Source: Candidatus Parcubacteria bacterium
GTDB taxonomy: Bacteria > Patescibacteriota > Patescibacteriia > Patescibacteriales > UBA12075
NCBI GenBank assembly: GCA_023142215.1
Contig: JAGLJW010000022.1
Location: forward strand, 3,315-67,314
Direction of reading: 5' to 3'
Length of the DNA stretch: 64,000 nucleotides
How positions within the stretch are numbered: the stretch's first letter is position 1; each line of letters starts with the position of its first letter. Shown piece after piece: positions 58,286 to 64,000 of the stretch. The translations under genes were made by a program, and so were the position numbers. Below the pieces are notes generated by a model, which made no database searches, was not told where the DNA came from, and saw nothing but the letters and a program-made list of their open reading frames with translations.

Positions 58286-61200
58286 TTAATTTTCTGCAAC
58301 AATAATATAAACATCAGACTCTACATAACTATCTTCACAAATATCAGTTACTACTGGACAATGATCATCCATTCCACAAATACCACCATAAACACCAGCT
58401 AGATTACGACATTGTTTTCTTGGTAAGCATGGTCTTGTATTAATACCTTCGCTACACCAACCCCAATTATCCATTATTTTTACTTTTGGCTTAACAATAC
58501 AATAATTCAATGTAGGAGCCACTGGTAATGTTATGGTTGATGCACCACCAAAATTAGGTGCTACCATATTTCCAGCATCAGCACAATAAATAATGTTCTC
58601 CTCTAAGGTACCCTGATCTACAGAATGTTGTGATTTTAAATCCCAATAACTATATAAATGATAAAAAGAGTGCGGATTGTTAGCATTAGATCTATCACGC
58701 ATTTCAACGCCTGTTACAACAGTTCTATTGCTATCTCCCCAGTCAACAGAATATAATATTAAAGGCAACTGTTGACTATTAACAATACTATTAAATGTAA
58801 GATTCACAAAACCATTTTTATGTAAAGTAGTGTTCACATTTAATCCATTTAATTTAATATTTCTTATTTCTGGTGGATAAGCACAATATTCAATTGGAGA
58901 CAACTCTCTAGTGGAACTAGCACATACATTAATCGGAGGAGACCATTCAGGCACAGACGAATCAGGTAAATATCTTAATGTATTTGACACACAATCACCA
59001 CCACCTGGAGCACAATAATTATCTCCTGGCGTTAAACTACTATCACATAAAATGTCAACATTGGTCCCTGTGGCACATTTAGCTAATACGTTAGGAATAC
59101 AATTCCCGCCAGGACAACAAGCCATATTAATATCAGCGGGACATCCCCAACCATTGATTGACGTTCCTACACCATTAGTATCAAAACATCCGAGACAGTC
59201 ACCAACACACTCTGCACCAATTAATTCCCCAGCATCACAATAATTACCAGCTGGTATTACACATGTACTGTCAGGACATTGCGGAGCACAACCTCCCTGC
59301 ATAATATCTCCATTATTAGTACCACCAATACATTCGTAAGTCTGATTCCATGTCCAATGACCGTAGCTTTGTGCAAAAAGTTTTTTCAAGGCACTTTCAG
59401 CTTCAATGGTAGTTGTATATGGATTTACTTGATAAACATTAACAAATTCCTGCGGAATTTTACAATCACCAGTTGTTCCAATACAAGCATAAGGGCTTCC
59501 TGCTCTCGCTTTAAGAGCAGGAAGATCAACAACTAATGGCTGAAATCCTGGAAGATTTTCATTACTATCCCATTCATGTGGATTAGAAACTACACTCCAA
59601 TAATCTTGAGATTTATAGTCAACTGGAGGAACAATAGAGCCAAACGGATTATAATCTGTAGAATAAGTATAATTAAGAAAAGGCACCATATAATCACTTC
59701 CTTTATAAACTCGCCCACTCCAAAATTTATTTTTCCCCGTTGAGGTTACTAGCTGTACAATTTTATCACAATAATCATCTCTGGCATAAATTTGAACTCT
59801 GCCACCAGGACACATACAATATCCATTAGAATTTACAAATTTAATACTAGTTAAATAATCATCATTATTAAAATAAAAAGTACCTGTTATATTACCAACT
59901 GTTACTGGTATAGCAGGATCATCTCCTGGATCATTAAAAGTCCAATTACCGCTACCATGCTTCCCACAATGATTTTTATGTGCACAATGAGTATATTCCA
60001 TAAAAATATTAACACTATGCAATTTCCATCTCTTTATATACTCCTCTGGTTTTAAGTCAAAAATTACACTTACCACCTTACTATTCACAAAAACTCTATT
60101 AACCATTAACTGAGATCGACCTATAGCAAGTTGACAATAATAAACAGGAAATCTGTCTAAATATCCAGCCCCTTCTTCAATCCCTTCTCCTTTTACCTTA
60201 TCAATAGGATACCAAAGTAAACATGTATCTTTATCTCCTGGATATTTGTCATATTCTAAACAATAACCATGCCAACCTTTTTTCATAATACCTGAGTCTT
60301 CATAATAATTACAAGAAAGTGCATTACCTTCAGGATAAAGACGACAAGATTGTTCAACATATTCTTCGAAAACACTTGTACTTATTTTTTTTGTAGCTAA
60401 AACAGGACGTATTTTCATATCATCAATATAAACATTTCCAACACACGAATCACCTCTCGCCTCAATAGGAAAAATACCACCACCACCAAAAGTACAACCC
60501 CAAGCGGTAGTATCTAAATTAGTAACTCCACGAGACGCACATGTAGCATTTGGAGAAAATGCCCTGTTTAATGGATCAGTACAATTCGGATCCGGACCAG
60601 CAACTTTTTGGCAACACTGTGCAGAAAGATAAATTTTACCATAGCCTGTTATTTTAATCTTCTTTGTATTACCACCAACGATAAACTTAATTTGTTCTTC
60701 AGTCCAGTCAAGCCCTCCTTGGAAATTAATACCACATCCATTATACCAAGTTTGTTTTTGTTCATCACCATTCTGATTTACACATTGAATTAAATCAACA
60801 CCTGAACCAGGATGTGCACTACTTCCAACTGGCGTACCAGTAGCACTAAAAGTTGAAATGAGCAGTGAAAGAACTAAAGTATCAACACCATCTCCTTTTT
60901 TAAAATTTAAAGTATTTGCTTTAACTGAAAGGGTATATTCTGCACCTGGTTCAACATCTATGAATTCAGAAACAATATCGCCCTCTGCTGGAGAATACTT
61001 TAGAAAAGATTCCCCCGAAACAGGATAATCAATACCTTCAACCTGAGCAGAATATGGATTATTAATTACTGAAAATTTATTTTCATTCCAACCTTGCTGT
61101 GCTGATAGCCAACCAACAGGATAAAAATCTGCACCATACAATTCAAAATTTCCATTTGATATCATCGCAATTTCACCAAGTTGTTCCATGTTTCCTAAGG

Positions 61201-64000
61201 GATATAAATCAGACTCCAATGAACCATCTTTTAGTCCAACTTTGCTATAACCAGAATAATTAGCATATTTACCAGAATATGGCAAAACATAACTTTGATT
61301 TTCTTTTTTAGTTAATTCAAAGCTATCACAATTACCTTCATTGTCTAAACTATTACATAAACTAATATCAAAACATTTGTTGCCGCCATCATCATCATCT
61401 TTTAAATAACTTCTACAGGCTAGCCAAGACTCACAAGCCCTATCTGGACTGACTTTAAATAAAGCGTTAGAATCACAATTACCTGGAGTACAACTTTGTG
61501 GTGAAAGATTAATAATGTCCGCATCATAAATTAACTCCGCATAATTCAAACCACTAAAAGCTCTTTCATTAAATAAAACACACCCTTCATTTATATTTAC
61601 AACACCATTACAACTTGTTCTGTCCACTTCTTGTTTTAATTGATATTCAATGATAAGTTCTTTAAGAATTACTTCTGACCCATTATTGTGTGCTGTATTT
61701 GTAACTAACATTGTAGCCATGCCACCATTTTGAACATAAAAGACAGAACCTGAAACAACGCCTCCAACATTAACAAAACCGACAGAATTTAAAGAATTAT
61801 CATCTTGCAAATGGAAGATAGGAGCAAAAGTAACAGTAGCTGTATTCACGCCAGCAACACTTATTTTATATAAAGTATTGTCTTTTAGATACACAGTCTG
61901 ATTACCAGCAACCGTCCAACCATCAGACTGACCATTAACATCAAGATCTTGTGAAAAATCACTATTAAATAAAATATTAGAGCTAAAACTTGCAGCAGAA
62001 TCAACATATTCAGTACAACCAGATTCTGATATTGGACATAAACCTACCCAATCATTTGTAGGCTGACCTATTTTAACACCATTATATCCAAAAGTTTTAT
62101 TATAAGCTATATTAGGAGCACATTCAATATCAGTTTTATTATCCTCCAAGATACAGCTATGAAAACACATCCCCGCAATACATTTATTGTAAGTATTGAC
62201 ACCACCACAATCTGAATCTGAATCACACACTATTGGTAATATTGGATTATTACAATCTGTATGTTTTAAGCAATAATTCGTTTCTTGCAAATTACCAATA
62301 GCATTAAAATCAATTACACCATTATCGGCTGCACCTGCACCAAACCCATCATCACATCTTTTTACTCGTTTGGTATACCAATCTTGCCCCGTATTATCAC
62401 TATAACCTTTACGATGCTCACAAATTTTATCACCTGGATTTATAAAATACGTTTCACCTTCAGTCTCGCTGAGCCAACTTTCACAACCTTCATAACCACC
62501 CATACACAAAATACTATTATAAATATCTGGATCATTAATTAAATAAGTATTTTTATGAACTTCTTGTCCATCATAATTTACAACTTGACCTAATCGTTCA
62601 CATCCTTTTTCAGTTTCAAAACAAGATTTTTCTGGATTATAAACCACATATACAAATTTATCTTTTTGCGTAGTTTGACTCATAGTTACAACGGTACCTG
62701 TTGCTATTGAATTATGAGTATCAATCATCATTTCACAACCAATAGAAGAATCCTGACAAAGTTGGTCAAATCTTCTTAAATAAGAAATATCACTATCCCT
62801 ATCATAATAACCAGCGCAACCTAAATTCCATTCTGGTCCTTGATATTCATCAAAAATATCATCATAACAAGAATCAGGAATTTGTGATGAATTTTTAATA
62901 AGATAATATCTGTCAGAAATAGCTATTAAACGAATACTGTCAATATGAAATCCCGTATTAGCACCAATATAAAGCATCTCACCTGTAGTACTAGCTATAT
63001 AAGTACTGCTAGCATTATTAAAATCATCTAAATTAAACTCATAAAATCTCCATTCTCCAGCCTTTAAAGTCTTACTTTCTATTCCACCTAAATTAAAAGA
63101 AATATATTTATCTGGATTAGCTGGATCTGTACCAAAACGAATATAATCAAAGTTTCCAGAAACTCCAGCAGGCTTAGCTAAAAAACTAATTATATAAGCT
63201 TGGTTTGTTTGTACAATATTACTAACATTTTTAGAAGTTAGATTAATACCACCAACACTTAAAGAACTTTCACCAGAAACTAATGAATCAGCTGTTATAG
63301 CACCATTACTCCATCCAGATACATGACCAGATTCAAAATCATCCTCAATAATTACTTTTACATTTGCTCCTAGATTTCCACTATATTCACGACAACCATC
63401 TTGACTTGCACTACACATCTCACCCTCTCTTGGAATTGCCAAATAAATACAAGATTGATGAATCACATCCCAATATCCACCATTTATACAAGAAATACAT
63501 TCACCAGAAACTCCCGAACTTTGCCAACATTTATCACTACCTTGAGAAAGATTATTATCGCATGCTAAACCACCATTACAATCCACGCTAGCAACCGAAG
63601 GGTCAACATTAACCTCAGTTCGTCTATAGGGATGACAATCATTGGAACAAGTTATAGTATGATGAACAAATTTATAGGCAATATCACCATTCTGATTATA
63701 AAACTCACGACACATTGGATTAGTTAATAAATCATACGTTGAACTAGCACACGTTTGCCCTTTGTAATAATTACTATACACTTCAGGATAATTACTGCCA
63801 TCGTCCTCCAAAACATGAGAAACAATCTGTAAACCAGATTCAGCCGAACCTTCCCATGTATAAAAAATAGAACAATTTACATTCGGAATAACTTCAGAGG
63901 TAGTAGTACATTGCTTCATGTATGTATAATACTCAATGTTTTCACCGCCATCATCTACAGCATCTAAATTAGTAAATTGATCACAACCAGCCGCTTCCGA
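58286..64000 (-). CDS. Giant cysteine-rich extracellular protein with three CBM4_9-like jelly-roll modules; 5' end lies beyond the window
   Basis: The ORF track starts it at the Met at 63919. The 27 codons upstream (SEAAGCDQFTNLDAVDDGGENIEYYTY) are in frame with no stop, so the ORF is open to nt 64000. I counted about 89 Cys in the 1877 listed residues by hand. Lectin-like blocks: IEDDFESGHVSGW...FHIDSIRL, NSDFSQDLDVNGQSDGW, and ISNGNFELYGADFYPVGW...VYIDDMKIRPV. Confidence 0.8.
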   Translation of the reverse strand, partial: SEAAGCDQFTNLDAVDDGGENIEYYTYMKQCTTTSEVIPNVNCSIFYTWEGSAESGLQIVSHVLEDDGSNYPEVYSNYYKGQTCASSTYDLLTNPMCREFYNQNGDIAYKFVHHTITCSNDCHPYRRTEVNVDPSVASVDCNGGLACDNNLSQGSDKCWQSSGVSGECISCINGGYWDVIHQSCIYLAIPREGEMCSASQDGCREYSGNLGANVKVIIEDDFESGHVSGWSNGAITADSLVSGESSLSVGGINLTSKNVSNIVQTNQAYIISFLAKPAGVSGNFDYIRFGTDPANPDKYISFNLGGIESKTLKAGEWRFYEFNLDDFNNASSTYIASTTGEMLYIGANTGFHIDSIRLIAISDRYYLIKNSSQIPDSCYDDIFDEYQGPEWNLGCAGYYDRDSDISYLRRFDQLCQDSSIGCEMMIDTHNSIATGTVVTMSQTTQKDKFVYVVYNPEKSCFETEKGCERLGQVVNYDGQEVHKNTYLINDPDIYNSILCMGGYEGCESWLSETEGETYFINPGDKICEHRKGYSDNTGQDWYTKRVKRCDDGFGAGAADNGVIDFNAIGNLQETNYCLKHTDCNNPILPIVCDSDSDCGGVNTYNKCIAGMCFHSCILEDNKTDIECAPNIAYNKTFGYNGVKIGQPTNDWVGLCPISESGCTEYVDSAASFSSNILFNSDFSQDLDVNGQSDGWTVAGNQTVYLKDNTLYKISVAGVNTATVTFAPIFHLQDDNSLNSVGFVNVGGVVSGSVFYVQNGGMATMLVTNTAHNNGSEVILKELIIEYQLKQEVDRTSCNGVVNINEGCVLFNERAFSGLNYAELIYDADIINLSPQSCTPGNCDSNALFKVSPDRACESWLACRSYLKDDDDGGNKCFDISLCNSLDNEGNCDSFELTKKENQSYVLPYSGKYANYSGYSKVGLKDGSLESDLYPLGNMEQLGEIAMISNGNFELYGADFYPVGWLSAQQGWNENKFSVINNPYSAQVEGIDYPVSGESFLKYSPAEGDIVSEFIDVEPGAEYTLSVKANTLNFKKGDGVDTLVLSLLISTFSATGTPVGSSAHPGSGVDLIQCVNQNGDEQKQTWYNGCGINFQGGLDWTEEQIKFIVGGNTKKIKITGYGKIYLSAQCCQKVAGPDPNCTDPLNRAFSPNATCASRGVTNLDTTAWGCTFGGGGIFPIEARGDSCVGNVYIDDMKIRPVLATKKISTSVFEEYVEQSCRLYPEGNALSCNYYEDSGIMKKGWHGYCLEYDKYPGDKDTCLLWYPIDKVKGEGIEEGAGYLDRFPVYYCQLAIGRSQLMVNRVFVNSKVVSVIFDLKPEEYIKRWKLHSVNIFMEYTHCAHKNHCGKHGSGNWTFNDPGDDPAIPVTVGNITGTFYFNNDDYLTSIKFVNSNGYCMCPGGRVQIYARDDYCDKIVQLVTSTGKNKFWSGRVYKGSDYMVPFLNYTYSTDYNPFGSIVPPVDYKSQDYWSVVSNPHEWDSNENLPGFQPLVVDLPALKARAGSPYACIGTTGDCKIPQEFVNVYQVNPYTTTIEAESALKKLFAQSYGHWTWNQTYECIGGTNNGDIMQGGCAPQCPDSTCVIPAGNYCDAGELIGAECVGDCLGCFDTNGVGTSINGWGCPADINMACCPGGNCIPNVLAKCATGTNVDILCDSSLTPGDNYCAPGGGDCVSNTLRYLPDSSVPEWSPPINVCASSTRELSPIEYCAYPPEIRNIKLNGLNVNTTLHKNGFVNLTFNSIVNSQQLPLILYSVDWGDSNRTVVTGVEMRDRSNANNPHSFYHLYSYWDLKSQHSVDQGTLEENIIYCADAGNMVAPNFGGASTITLPVAPTLNYCIVKPKVKIMDNWGWCSEGINTRPCLPRKQCRNLAGVYGGICGMDDHCPVVTDICEDSYVESDVYIIVAEN

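Noticed and set aside
58286-64000. A diversity-generating retroelement targeting the giant protein. These are common in CPR genomes.
   Set aside because: No reverse transcriptase gene is present, and I found no template/variable repeat pair in the window. The C-terminus does not look like an Asn-codon-rich C-type-lectin variable region.

Overview
Homology calls come from motif recognition by eye; no database search or computation was run. The window is AT-rich and coded almost entirely on the minus strand. It looks like a small-genome, monoderm Patescibacteria/CPR-type bacterium. The standard genetic code appears to apply, because gatC ends on TGA at its expected length.

Five blocks:
(1) 1-15.9 kb: surface-glycan cluster with partial asnB, six SAM-methyltransferase domains, about eight glycosyltransferases and an epimerase. 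It sits directly downstream of tRNA-Ser(GGA).
(2) 16-22.5 kb: a small tRNA-adjacent islet (AlbA_2/wHTH protein with a (VGEK)6 repeat, plus decayed ORF fragments), a DsbA-like protein that has lost its CXXC, then gatA, gatC and ligA. Heptanucleotide repeats sit at two gene junctions.
(3) 22.6-36.4 kb: a complete secretin-less type IV pilus locus (pilM, N-like, O-like, pilB, a degenerate pilT-like gene, pilC, pilA, a second pilin, pilD and four minor pilins). It faces a TolB-like propeller gene and comFC.
(4) 36.4-46.5 kb: accessory region. It holds a promoter-driven 6S-like rod-shaped RNA candidate, family-4 UDG, a 276-bp MITE with terminal inverted repeats (TIRs) and an 8-bp target-site duplication, hicBA, a KAP-NTPase three-gene operon of unknown function, dinD, tandem tRNA-Ser genes, and tRNA-Arg(GCG) abutting recG.
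(5) 46.5-64 kb: one co-directional gene string. In transcription order it runs: a giant cysteine-rich lectin-like protein (open at the window edge), a 2-TM protein, a VirB6/TrbL-like protein, two paralogous unknowns, a PrgI/VirB3-like protein, VirB4 split by one in-frame TAA, a VirB8-like candidate, dsbA (CDYC) and radA.

The best candidates for an undescribed system are block 5 and the KAP-NTPase operon.
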